Of a DNA stretch of 14,427 bases, positions 1-9,940 are shown piece after piece. Numbering within the stretch: position 1 is the first letter of the stretch; each line of letters starts with the position of its first letter. Made by a program: the position numbers and the translations under genes. The stretch comes from Tubiluchus corallicola (lineage: Eukaryota > Animalia > Priapulida), in NCBI GenBank assembly GCA_030141605.1, contig JAQGDQ010002116.1, positions 1 to 14,427 on the forward strand, given 5' to 3'. Below the pieces are notes generated by a model. The model searched no databases and had not been told where the DNA came from. It saw only the letters and a program-made list of their open reading frames with translations.

Positions 1-1562
1 TAAACTAATCAAGACAGATTTTTTATGACTATCTGGTATGTTACCAGGAATTAGACTCATCAAGACAGATTTTTTATGACTATCTGGTATGTTGCCAGGA
101 ATTAAACTCATCAAGACAGATTTTACATGAATATCTGGTATGTTATCAGAAATTAGACTCATCAAGACAGATTTTACATGACTATCTGGTATGTTACCAG
201 AAATTAGACTCATCAAGACAGATTTTTTATGACTATCTGGTATGTTGCCAGGAATTAAACTCATCAAGACAGATTTTACATGAATATCTGGTATGTTACC
301 AGGAATTAGACTCATCAAGACAGATTTTACATGAATATCTGGTATGTTACCAGGAATTAAACTCATCAAGACAGATTTTTTATGACTATCTGGTATGTTA
401 CCAGGAATTAGACTCATCAAGACAGATTTTTTATGACTATCTGGTATGTTACCAGGAATTAAACTCATCAAGACAGATTTTACATGAATATCTGGTATGT
501 TATCAGAAATTAGACTCATCAAGACAGATTTTACATGACTATCTGGTATGTTACCAGAAATTAGACTCATCAAGACAGATTTTTTATGACTATCTGGTAT
601 GTTGCCAGGAATTAAACTCATCAAGACAGATTTTACATGAATATCTGGTATGTTACCAGGAATTAGACTCATCAAGACAGATTTTACATGAATATCTGGT
701 ATGTTACCAGGAATTAAACTCATCAAGACAGATTTTTTATGACTATCTGGTATGTTACCAGGAATTAGACTCATCAAGACAGATTTTTTATGACTATCTG
801 GTATGTTGCCAGGAATTAAACTCATCAAGACAGATTTTACATGAATATCTGGTATGTTACCAGGAATTAGACTCATCAAGACAGATTTTACATGAATATC
901 TGGTATATTACCAGGAATTAAACTCATCAAGACAGATTTTTTATGACTATCTGGTATGTTACCAGAAATTAGACTCATCAAGACAGATTTTTTATGACTA
1001 TCTGGTATGTTGCCAGGAATTAAACTCATCAAGACAGATTTTACATGAATATCTGGTATGTTACCAGGAATTAGACTCATCAAGACAGATTTTACATGAA
1101 TATCTGGTATATTACCAGGAATTAAACTCATCAAGACAGATTTTTTATGACTATCTGGTATGTTACCAGGAATTAGACTCATCAAGACAGATTTTACATG
1201 AATATCTGGTATGTTACCAGAAATTAGACTCATCAAGACAGATTTTTTATGACTATCTGGTATGTTACCAGGAATTAAACTCATCAAGACAGATTTTTTA
1301 TGACTATCTGGTATGTTAACAGGAATTAGACTCATCGAGACAGATTTTACATGAATATCTGGTATGTTACCAGGAATTAGACTCATCAAGACAGATTTTG
1401 TATGAATATCTGGTATGTTACCAGGAATTAGAATTATCAATACAGATTTTGTATGAATATCTGGTATGTTACCAGGAATTAGAATTATCAATACAGATTT
1501 TGTATGAATATCTGGTATGTTACCAGGAATTAGATTCATCAAGACAGATTTTGTATGAATAT
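1..1562. repeat. 51-bp satellite/minisatellite, ~30 copies, runs off the left edge
   Basis: Unit TCATCAAGACAGATTTTTTATGACTATCTGGTATGTTACCAGGAATTAGAC recurs at 57, 108, 159, 210... (period 51). It contains an internal inverted repeat CTGGTA-tgt-TACCAG. Copies diverge near 1390-1560. Confidence 0.97.
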
Positions 1563-1601
1563 GAAATCTGTTAAAGAAATTACGTTGTTTCTATATAGTG
1601 C

Positions 1602-1607
1602 TTTAAT
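1602..1607 (-). terminator. Candidate polyadenylation signal (ATTAAA) of the Ly6/Quiver-like gene
   Basis: tttaat on + = ATTAAA on -, ~40 nt downstream of the stop codon and ~40 nt before the 51-bp satellite starts. Confidence 0.4.
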
Positions 1608-1646
1608 TCACATCATCCACATACAACATAGAACTTGATTAGACAG

Positions 1647-1852
1647 TTACATTAATTTCAGAAAAACAGCCACCACTGCTGACAATGTGACTACAAATAT
1701 AACAGAAGCCCTGTTTCTTCCTCCATAATTGCAAAGATCTGTGTCACATATGCAAGTCACTATAGTTACTCCTTCTCCAGAACATTTTATACAACCATTG
1801 TCGTATTGTGCATCATACGAACAATTTCTTGTCACAAAAGCCTCTCCCCCAC
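1647..1852 (-). CDS. Ly6/uPAR three-finger (Quiver/Sleepless-like) protein, coding exon 3 (last)
   Basis: Acceptor tattgtag|GT (phase 1). Encodes (S)GGEAFVTRNCSYDAQYDNGCIKCSGEGVTIVTCICDTDLCNYGGRNRASVIFVVTLSAVVAVFLKLM*. Has the R-x-C and CxCxxDxCN Ly6/Quiver motifs, then a hydrophobic GPI-signal-like tail. Confidence 0.9.
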
Positions 1853-2111
1853 CTACAATATTACAGTATGTTAAGTACTTTTATAAATGATTAGCTATAA
1901 TAATAATCATCTAGAATGGTGTTGCATTCTACTAAATTTTGTAGCCTACAAAGTCATAGTCGACGCTAAGATTTTAATTCTGATTAAGTCTTTTCAACTA
2001 AGAATTTTAATGAGCTGTCTAAGTGGTAATCATTATTAAGAGCTGCCATTGTTAGAGGAGGTAAAACAGGAACGTGTGTGCATACATACGAAATGTCTAT
2101 TGTAATGTTAT

Positions 2112-2118
2112 AATGATG

Positions 2119-2169
<51 letters not shown>

Positions 2170-2216
2170 CTGATGCTGCTGCTGATGATGATGATGATGA
2201 GGAGGAGGAGGAGGAT
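2112..2216. repeat. Compound (GAT)n/(GCT)n/(GAG)n microsatellite in intron 2
   Basis: Directly visible trinucleotide runs. Confidence 0.97.
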
Positions 2217-2390
2217 AACAATAAGGCTTTAGTCACCGATGGTAAATAAAAAACCGCACCTATTATTGCTCAGCTTTTACCCAGGCAGGGCAACAGCAGG
2301 TAAAATTGTCTTTGGTATTACACGGCAGCGGTATCGAACTCATGACCTCGGAGACGGAATGCTGACGTGTACACTACTACATGGTACAGT
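2112..2390 (-). mobile_element. tRNA-derived SINE (MetaSINE-like central domain), probably with a (CAT)n tail
   Basis: On -: B-box-like GAGTTCGATACC (2330-2341), then TAATACCAAAGACAATTTTACCTGCTGTTGCCCCTGCCTGG..CTGAGCAA, which resembles the conserved core of Meta-type SINEs as I recall it, then a simple-repeat tail. The A box is degenerate. Confidence 0.55.
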
Positions 2391-2593
2391 CTTCATTAGA
2401 AAATAATTACCTTTTTAAAAACCCGACGAAACAAAGGCAAAACTGCGCATTTCTTCGAGCATCAATCTCTTTCAGTCTTCTTGCAGTACATACGTTCTAA
2501 TACTCACAGCTTGTGATTGTTTTTTTGGAAAAAGAAACCCTGACCTAATTTCCTATTTGTCTTCCGCAATGTTCTAATTGATTTAAGCCTTAC

Positions 2594-2716
2594 TTTCTCC
2601 TTTTGCTTTTAGGCAGTAGGTGCAGCCCGTCTCTTCCCAGTCTGCGTCCGCTTGAAACTCATCTTCACATCCGGAGGTTGGAGGATAGGTACATTTGTAG
2701 CATTTGATACCCGCAC
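2594..2716 (-). CDS. Ly6/uPAR (Quiver-like) protein, coding exon 2
   Basis: Acceptor tttgtgtag|GT, donor A|GTAAGG, 123 nt, phase 1-1. Encodes (S)AGIKCYKCTYPPTSGCEDEFQADADWEETGCTYCLKAKGE, with the canonical N-terminal (L/I)xCYxC and CxK motifs. Confidence 0.9.
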
Positions 2717-2789
2717 CTACACAAATTGTCAAATATCTTGATGTTACAACTGTTCCGACGCATTTGTAATAAACAAACAGCATAATTAA

Positions 2790-3603
2790 CGAATGAATGA
2801 CCGAACGAACGAGCAAGCAGACAGACGACGGAGCAGACGGACAAGCAAACAAACAGACGACCGAGCAGACAAACAAGCAAATAAACAGACGACCGAGCAG
2901 ACGGACAAGCAAACAAACAGACGACCGAGCAGACGGACAAGCAAACAAACAGACGACCGAGCAGACGGACAAGCAAACAAACAGACGACCGAGCAGACGG
3001 ACAAGCAAACAAACAGACGACCGAGAAGACAAACAAGCAAATAAACAGACGACAGAGCAGATGGACAAGCAAACAAACAGACGACCGAGCAGACGGACAA
3101 GCAAACAAACAGACGACCGAGCAGACAGACAAGCAAACAAATAGACGACCGAGCAATGGACAAGCAAACGAACAGACGACCGAGCAGACGGATAAGCAAA
3201 CAAACAGACGACCGAGCAAATGGCCAAGCAAACAAACAGACGACCGAGCAGACGAACAAGCAAACAAACAGACGACCGAGCAGACGGACAAGCAAAGAAA
3301 TAGATGACCGAGCAGATGGACAAGCAAACAAACGGACGACTAAGCAGACGGACAAGCAAAGAAATAGACGACCAAGCAGATGGACAGCAAAAAAATAAAC
3401 GACCAAGCAGATGGATAAGCAAACAAACAGATGACCGAGCACACGGACAAGCAAACAAACAGACGACCGAGTCGACGGACAAGCAAACAAACAGACGACC
3501 GAGTAGACGGACAAGCAAACAAACAGACGACCGAGCACACGGACAAGCAAACAAACAGACGACCGAGAAGACGGACAAGCAAACAAACAGACGACTAAGC
3601 AAA
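2790..3603. repeat. 32-bp minisatellite, ~25 copies, in intron 1
   Basis: Unit ACAAGCAAACAAACAGACGACCGAGCAGACGG recurs at 2841, 2873... The + strand is almost T-free. Confidence 0.96.
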
Positions 3604-3639
3604 TGGAGGCAAATATACAATTAAGATATTTATAAATCT

Positions 3640-4974
3640 ACAAGACTGCAACCTCATTTCAAAGCTACTTTGGAAAACCTCGGCATTTAACTGTTCAGTT
3701 CATCACCTACGGGTCAAAGGTCAAGAACAATCTCTGAATAACTTATTTCGTTTAGTTTGTCTCATTGAGACCTTTTATTTGATACACTGCAAGTTAGTTT
3801 CGGTTAACACGTAAAGGCATTTGTCTTTTTGACGCCTAGTTTGCCCCTGCTGGGGTCAGAGGTCAATCAGTCTTGGCATAACTTATACCATTCAATTTGT
3901 TTCATCGAGACCTGTCATACAAGCTTGCTCCGTTGACACTAGGATAAATTTGTCTCGCTGACCCCCAATTTTGTCCCCTAGTGAGGTTGCAGGTTAACCA
4001 TTCTCATTGTAACCTATCCCATTCGATTCGCCTCATTGAGACCTTTCATTTGATATGCTACATGGTACTATTCCTAGACACTTAATGCATTTCTCTTTCC
4101 GACTCTCATTTTTCGGTTTTTGACCACTACTGCGGTCAGAGGTCAACCAGTCTCCGTATAACTTATACCATTTGGTTTGTCTCATCGAGACCTTTCATTT
4201 GACACTGAAAGGCAATTGTTTCCTCGACCCCTATTTTGCCCCATAGCGGGGTAGCAGGTTAACTATTCGATCCGTCTCATCGAGACCTTTCATTGATCAA
4301 CACATGGTGCACTTCTGTCTCTGACCCCCATTTTTCGGTTTTTGCCCCTAGCGGAAAATTTTTCCACACAAGCATGTCCCATATTTTGTGATATTCAAGG
4401 GTACGACCTTCCCTACCGACATACTAAATATTGTGGCCCTGGCTCAAAAACTATAGGAGCAAACGGATCCTGAAGAAAAGTAAATGAAGACCCGCCTGGT
4501 CTATGACCTTTGACCCAACAACTTGGGTCACGTGTGTATGCAGATAACTTTGCCCAGAGAGTGACCCTGTGAGTTTTATGTCCCTAGTCATCAACATGTG
4601 AAAGGTCACCAGTTTGGGACCCAGATTTTGCACTTTGGCCCTTCACTTGGGCTTTTAAAGCCACGGTGCACACCTGCCCCACAGTACCTAAATACTTGCG
4701 AAAAAAATTAGAAAAACCGAAAGCCCTAGGAGTTGTGTCTTAAAGGAAAAACTGACCACTGCCCTTGACCAGTGGTCAGTGATCGCCACATTGTTGTGCG
4801 TTATCCTGCCCAGAGCTACCACCCCTGGGAGTTGGTTAGCCCTAGCTTGCAAGGCTTAGGAGTTATTAAGCGTTAAAATTGCGGAGAATAAATAATAAAT
4901 AAATGACTCAAATGAAAAACGGTAAGATTTGCTATAGCAAAATCTTTATAAATAAATAAATAGCAAAATCTTAA
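3640..4974 (+). mobile_element. Probable non-autonomous Helentron/Helitron-like (HINE-type) element with internal tandem subrepeats
   Basis: Begins ACAAG. Has five diverged ~115-150-bp subunits (GGGTCAnAGGTCAA...TCTCATCGAGACCTTTCATTTGA near 3711, 3852, 3982, 4132, 4247), an (AATA)n tract and a terminal hairpin AAGATTTGCTATAGCAAAATCTT (4924-4946). No TIR/TSD pair and no ORF. The class is inferred from architecture only. Confidence 0.5.
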
Positions 4975-4983
4975 TTAACTCAC

Positions 4984-5041
4984 TTTGCTGAACTTGAAAC
5001 AGAACAAAAGCACTGAGAATGATAATTGCAAATGTCTTCAT
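4984..5041 (-). CDS. Ly6/uPAR (Quiver-like) protein, coding exon 1 (signal peptide)
   Basis: CAAAATG start context. Encodes MKTFAIIILSAFVLFQVQQ + 1 nt. Donor A|GTGAGT is phase 1 and matches exon 2, giving ...QQSAG^IKCYKC. 58+123+206 = 387 nt = 128 aa + stop. Confidence 0.88.
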
Positions 5042-5086
5042 TTTGCTGCTAAACTCAACCTGTCTTCAAAAAGGCTCGAGGTTATA

Positions 5087-5119
5087 TGAGTGAATTCTTT
5101 AGGCCGTGTTTCATTTATA
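5087..5119 (-). promoter_or_regulatory. Candidate core promoter: TATA box plus Inr-like site
   Basis: TATAAA on - at 5119-5114, with TTCACTCA ~28-32 nt downstream and ~50 nt before the ATG. AT-rich DNA makes chance matches possible. Confidence 0.4.
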
Positions 5120-5130
5120 TTATCTCAACC

Positions 5131-5250
5131 TACACACAGGCTTATCTATGTGACTATGTAATGAAAAGATGGTACTAAATACTAAACTATTTTTTATGAT
5201 TTACACACAGCTTTTTCTATGTAACTATGTAATGAAAGGATTGTACTAAA
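5131..5250. repeat. Diverged ~49-bp direct duplication (period 71 bp)
   Basis: TACACACAG..TCTATGT.ACTATGTAATGAAA.GAT.GTACTAAA at 5131-5179 and 5202-5250. Confidence 0.85.
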
Positions 5251-5445
5251 CAATGTTTTACAATTTTATAGCACGAAGGAAATGAATTTTATGTGTAACT
5301 GTGCTCTCTATAAAACTCTGTTTCAACAATAAGGAGTGTTGTGTATACAATTCAGCCTGCTGATAAAAACGCCCATCAACAAAATTTAAATCAATAAAAT
5401 TTAAGGTGCAATGTTTTACCTTGACATAGGTTGGATAGCAACACT

Positions 5446-5735
5446 TTTGGTGAGATACGTTAACAATTCAACAAGTCGATTATGTATCTTACTGCTGAAT
5501 TCACAGTGACACGGTCATCGTCATTGCTATCATCATCATCAGTAGCTGACGTATTTAACGCTTGACGTGAACCATATGCCTGAGACACAGGTGGCTGAAC
5601 TGTCTCTATTAATTCATCATAATGTTTTGTTAGTTCAGCGAAGTACCTTTTTATGCTTGTTTGTGGTCCTTCTACAGCTGCCCTATGCTGAACAAAGGTT
5701 TCCTCTGTTGCCAAAAAAGGATTATTGTCACCAAG

Positions 5736-5770
<35 letters not shown>

Positions 5771-5802
5771 GTGGGATACGTTAACAATTCAACAAGTCGA
5801 TT
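5446..5802. repeat. 36-bp direct repeat pair (5446-5481 and 5767-5802)
   Basis: TTTGGTG(A/G)GATACGTTAACAATTCAACAAGTCGATT, 35/36 identical, 321 bp apart. Confidence 0.93.
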
Positions 5803-5916
5803 GTTAGATGGGTTTTTTTGCATATCATTTCGATCATAAAGGAATTTCACTGCTTCTAGTTCAAACTGTCATCACAATTTGCAAATGTCGTTGAGAAAGG
5901 CATTAAAGCTGAGCAT
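5493..5916 (-). pseudogene. Probable disrupted exon encoding a death effector domain (FADD/caspase-8-like N-terminus) plus acidic linker
   Basis: From ATG 5916: MLSFNAFLNDICKL**QFELEAVKFLYDRNDMQKNPSNNRLVELLTYPTK, then a (TA)14 frameshift, then VLGDNNPFLATEETFVQHRAAVE...SATDDDDSNDDDRVTVNSA|GTAAGA donor. The F-xxx-L-x-DI...EL-xx-(V/L)KFL pattern matches DED helices 1-2 as recalled. Confidence 0.45.
5739..5766. repeat. (TA)14 microsatellite
   Basis: Directly visible. Confidence 0.97.
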
Positions 5917-6042
5917 TTAATGGATGGGTGAATCCCTAGAAACTCACTCTGGATGGTTCACACGCCATACCGATTACGGCTGTTTACCTCATGAAGGGAC
6001 AGTGTGTTCAGTTCGCATCCAAATGCCTCTGATGGTTCAGTG

Positions 6043-6509
6043 CAGGGATGAGAATTTTCCGCGGATGTGCGGAATTCCGAGTTTTTGGAAGACCAGTAGT
6101 GCCATTTTTGTAAATCGCGTAAATTCATTGAGAAATTTTTACGGGCCCAGTACATTATTTCACAAGCTGACCGCTAGTTGGCAGGCCGTCACTTTGTTTA
6201 CATCACGTACATCAGTGTAACCACGTGTATATCTCTATGTATAAAAATATAGAATCAATTGTGTGGAGTTATTTGAGTCAATTGCAGACAGTTTTTATAT
6301 ACTTTTGCGTAGGAGTGGCCAGTACTTAGCCATTTTTGAGACAATTAGGTATCATGTATCCTTGATAGTTGGGTATTTTAAATTATGCATGAAACAAGGT
6401 AACTGATATTTTAAGTCCACTTTGAGGCTCCCTATGGTCACAAAATTGCAATTTGTTGCTGCCTACGGCCTGTTTCAGAGTTTTTTGAAATTTGTCATTC
6501 TCATCCCTG
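6043..6509. mobile_element. hAT-like MITE, 467 bp
   Basis: Perfect 13-bp TIRs CAGGGATGAGAAT (6043-6055) and ATTCTCATCCCTG (6497-6509). Flanked by direct repeat TCAGTG. Subterminal palindromes such as CGGAATTCCG. No transposase. Confidence 0.8.
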
Positions 6510-7285
6510 TCAGTGGTTCATCTTAGAGGGTTGATAATGGGTCGGGTTCCAGTCTCGCCGCGAGCATTCAAGTTGAGTAGGCCCCGTGTTTGCGTGCACT
6601 TTGTTGAATTTTTATAAAACAAATATAAAATTTTGCTGAATTATTTATGTTTTTAGGACGAGACGAGGTTAAAGTCGGTTTGTGTTGCTGCTCAGCCGAT
6701 TGACTTCAAGGTTTATAATCAGAAGCTGATCTCAGATATCAACTCTATGATGGCCGAATGAGAGACAGCGAGACCAACTTTGTGGGATGATAACATTCAT
6801 ACTGGATCAGTATATTAGATATTTGATCGAGACTGATGTATATTTTTTGAGACAGCCTGTATGTGTGTTAGATAACCTGACCAGTGAATCAGTCTGAATG
6901 TGATTACAGGTACGATAATTACCTGTGTAAACAACCTATATTAAAGTTTGTGACATGAGTGAACATTTTGAGACGACAGGGAAATGGTAGATTTCAGTAA
7001 ATGATGGTACTAGACAAGTTGGCTTCTCATATTTGCACCTGTTTCAGGGTCTTGCTGACATTGCGTTGGAAGGAAACTTTATTGAATTTATTAAATGCTA
7101 CGTTCTCGCTAACTTTTGCAAATTATTCGAAAATAACATTACAGTCAATGCTCAGTGTAACACCTGCTTCGCTTAATGCCCTTGTTTTTAGCAAAACAAA
7201 TCTCTATCTTTGCATAGACATGTTTGTATTAATGCACCTAATTGTAATACCAAATAAGACCAATTTCTTTACAGTTGCAAAGTTG

Positions 7286-7663
7286 GTGTCATTTGCAAAA
7301 GTTTAAGACCAAAGTGATTTTTTCATGAAAATTGGCAAAACCATCTTTTAACACGGTTCCATGTAAAAACTATTCATTTATTCTTCTAGGAAAATATACT
7401 ACAGCATAGTTTGTATGTTTTTATCCAAAAGTAGTCACAGGCCTTGAACGATTTTTTGCCCATTTTTTGGATCACAAGAAAAATAGAAAAACGGCCGATC
7501 TGTATGGATAGCGGCAGGCAAATGAGCCACTCATACTCACTAGACGTACTGTTTCAAACCACTAGCAGTTGATGCAATCAACAAAGAATCTGGTGCAATC
7601 AGGGTACAGTGTGATGAAAATCCCGAAAACTCGAGCTTGGTCTTAAACTTTTGCAAATGACTC
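7286..7663. mobile_element. Tc1/mariner-like MITE, ~378 bp
   Basis: Perfect 25-bp inverted repeat GTCATTTGCAAAAGTTTAAGACCAA (7288-7312 / 7637-7661), 26/27 when extended. TA follows the right end; TG lies on the left. The TIR resembles Tc1-type CAGT...CAAAAGT ends. Confidence 0.78.
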
Positions 7664-7835
7664 TAGATGCCACGGAGAAGTGTTGCTCATTGTTACAATA
7701 AATATGTTTTGTACTGTAATTACGAGATAACAGTTTTTTTTCTGTCTTGGAAACCAGTCAAACATTTCCTAGGTGGCTAATTCTTCCTGCAACTAGAAAG
7801 TGAAAAAAATTAGGGGATTTTTGAAATCACTTTAA

Positions 7836-8161
7836 GGCAGTAATCGATTATTGAGGTCGCCCGGGCGGCATCCGTTTCAAAACAGGGGTGGCTAACCTAA
7901 ACCCGTGTGCTCGCAGTGCGTACGAAAGCTTAACTGACATCACTGAAGGTGCCCCCCCCCCCGAGTTTGAAAGTGTTTGCATCCGCGATTTACACGCGTT
8001 GAAAATTATTTCAAACGCATTTTGCATTTTTCGCACGTCAATTTTTTATAAATTGATTAATGAAAAAGTAATTATTTAAAATTCAATCGACACAAGCTAA
8101 TTGATATCAGAGAGTTTCAGGCAACTAATCGGTTACTTGTAGTCGATTATGCCCACCACTA
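7836..8161. mobile_element. Degenerate hAT-like MITE remnant
   Basis: The right end reads TAGTGGTGGGCATAATCGACTA on -. A partial match GGCAGTAATCGATTA lies at 7836. AATCGA-type subterminal motifs are present. The left terminus is incomplete and there is no TSD. Confidence 0.35.
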
Positions 8162-9940
8162 ATATACAATTACGATGCTTGCAGTATTTGTTTTTTTTTG
8201 CATCTTAAATGAAATGGAAATCTTGGTTCTATAGAAACACTAAATTTCCAAATTATGTGACACTGATGTTTATTGGCTGCAAAGTTTAGACTGTAATCAT
8301 GTTAAACTTTGGGTTTTTCTTTTGTTAATCTCTGTAAAGTTATTTTTTCACCTTGGAATTACTGATGTATCGAGTGTTCAAATTTTTAATTATTATTTAT
8401 GATAGTAATTTCAAGAATGATAATGATAAAATGAACCCACAATTACTAATTTTCATATAGCTGATTATCCAAATGTTCACGGTTCAAATCCGCACTGACC
8501 CATTTTTTTGCAATTCCTTCTTTCACGTAAATTTGGTTTTGCAAAATTATAATTGTGGCGTTTTCCATCATTAAAACTTCAGTGTATGAAAAGTAGTTTG
8601 CGTGTTTATTCTTTGAACGGTGCACAAAGAAATAAAGGAACAGTTGAAGTTTTGTAAACAATTTTTTCATCTTTTCTTATACAATTTTTGATGATTTATA
8701 AAAGTATAAAATTCGTACAAAAAAAGTTATTACAAAATCAGCAAAGATTACAACGATTAGTATTTGTAGGTAATAATAAAACTAGTTACTGATTCATTTA
8801 TGTTGAAACAAAATGCATGAACTTATCATATAAAACATCAGTACAGAGCAAGTTGATAAGTTTAACCCACAGTATACAAATGAGAAAATTTACTTACCTG
8901 CTACCTAAAGTACTTTTTATACGTAATACAAAACAACTGATGCTAAAAAACTTGACATACATACAGCGCTTCATGTTTAATCACTATTAGCTTAATCATG
9001 ATGCAAAAAATCTGTACAAGATTTCACAACCACAATTTTGATAACAAATGGTTAAAACATCGACTTCACACGAACGTGTAAAAAATACTATTAACATTAA
9101 TACAGTTCACCATCGTTTCTTGAATAATTTACAGTGACTATGCAAAATAAATAAGTATAGACAACATAATAAAATAACGATATTCCGAGACGAAGGTTAA
9201 AATCAACCGAACAAGTTAAGGAGTGTTCAGAAACGTGCCATTTGTGTCTATAAAAACGTATTTACAACCTTTTGCAAACTGTTATACCGTGCATAAGTAA
9301 AAAAAGATACGGATAATGTTCATTTTTCCAGCATTTGGGCTATAACTACAGATTAACTGTAAAACTTTGTTAATCAATAATTATAAGCCCAAATTGCCAA
9401 GCTGATGACTGTACGCAAGCGGATATTTTGATAAATACGCAGTTTAACGTACGTCTAGCACAAATACTAACAATTATTCTCGTTAACGAGGTCTGTTTGC
9501 CCACAATGATCCACCCGGCGATCAAACAACATGAAGCTAAACAGCGAAAATTACCAAGTTCGTAGCTGAGTATGGGTGATGTCATTTTCTCTTAGTCTAC
9601 CGAGTTTGTGACGCAGTGGCGCCCTCACACACAATTTTCACTGATCACTTGAAAATTCTATTTTTGAACCTGTAGTTCACACAATTGGAAAAGATGATGT
9701 GATTTATCACTAAGCGTATGGCTACCAGGGTAAAACACTTTTTGGCTAGAGTCAAAATTGAAATATAAACAGCAACAGACATCTGCTCAAAAGTGCTAAA
9801 AAACCTTTTGGTAACATCATAGTTAACACACCATCAGACGGCTTGCAGTCAATATATATTCTTATTACATGATAAATATAAAATTGACAGAAAGATAGCC
9901 TTCACTAAAATCTCAAGCACGTGTCCCGATTTTACTAATA

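Noticed and set aside
2583-3624. Multiple overlapping long ORFs on both strands
   Set aside because: Caused by the T-poor 32-bp repeat. Only 2594-2716 is a real exon, bounded by splice sites.
6655-6980. Recurrent GAGAC motifs
   Set aside because: Possibly an old transposon remnant, but no termini or periodicity could be established.
8455-8500. Perfect B box GGTTCAAATCC (8481-8491) suggesting a tRNA
   Set aside because: No A box at proper spacing and no cloverleaf. At most a repeat-derived fragment.
8898-8942. Possible 45-nt minus-strand exon (ttttttag|...CAG|GTAAGT)
   Set aside because: Good splice signals, but no recognisable product or partner exons. Could be chance or UTR sequence.
5924-9585. 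Assorted 60-100 aa ORFs in the intergenic region
   Set aside because: No recognisable motifs. Several cross MITE boundaries, and lengths are consistent with chance.
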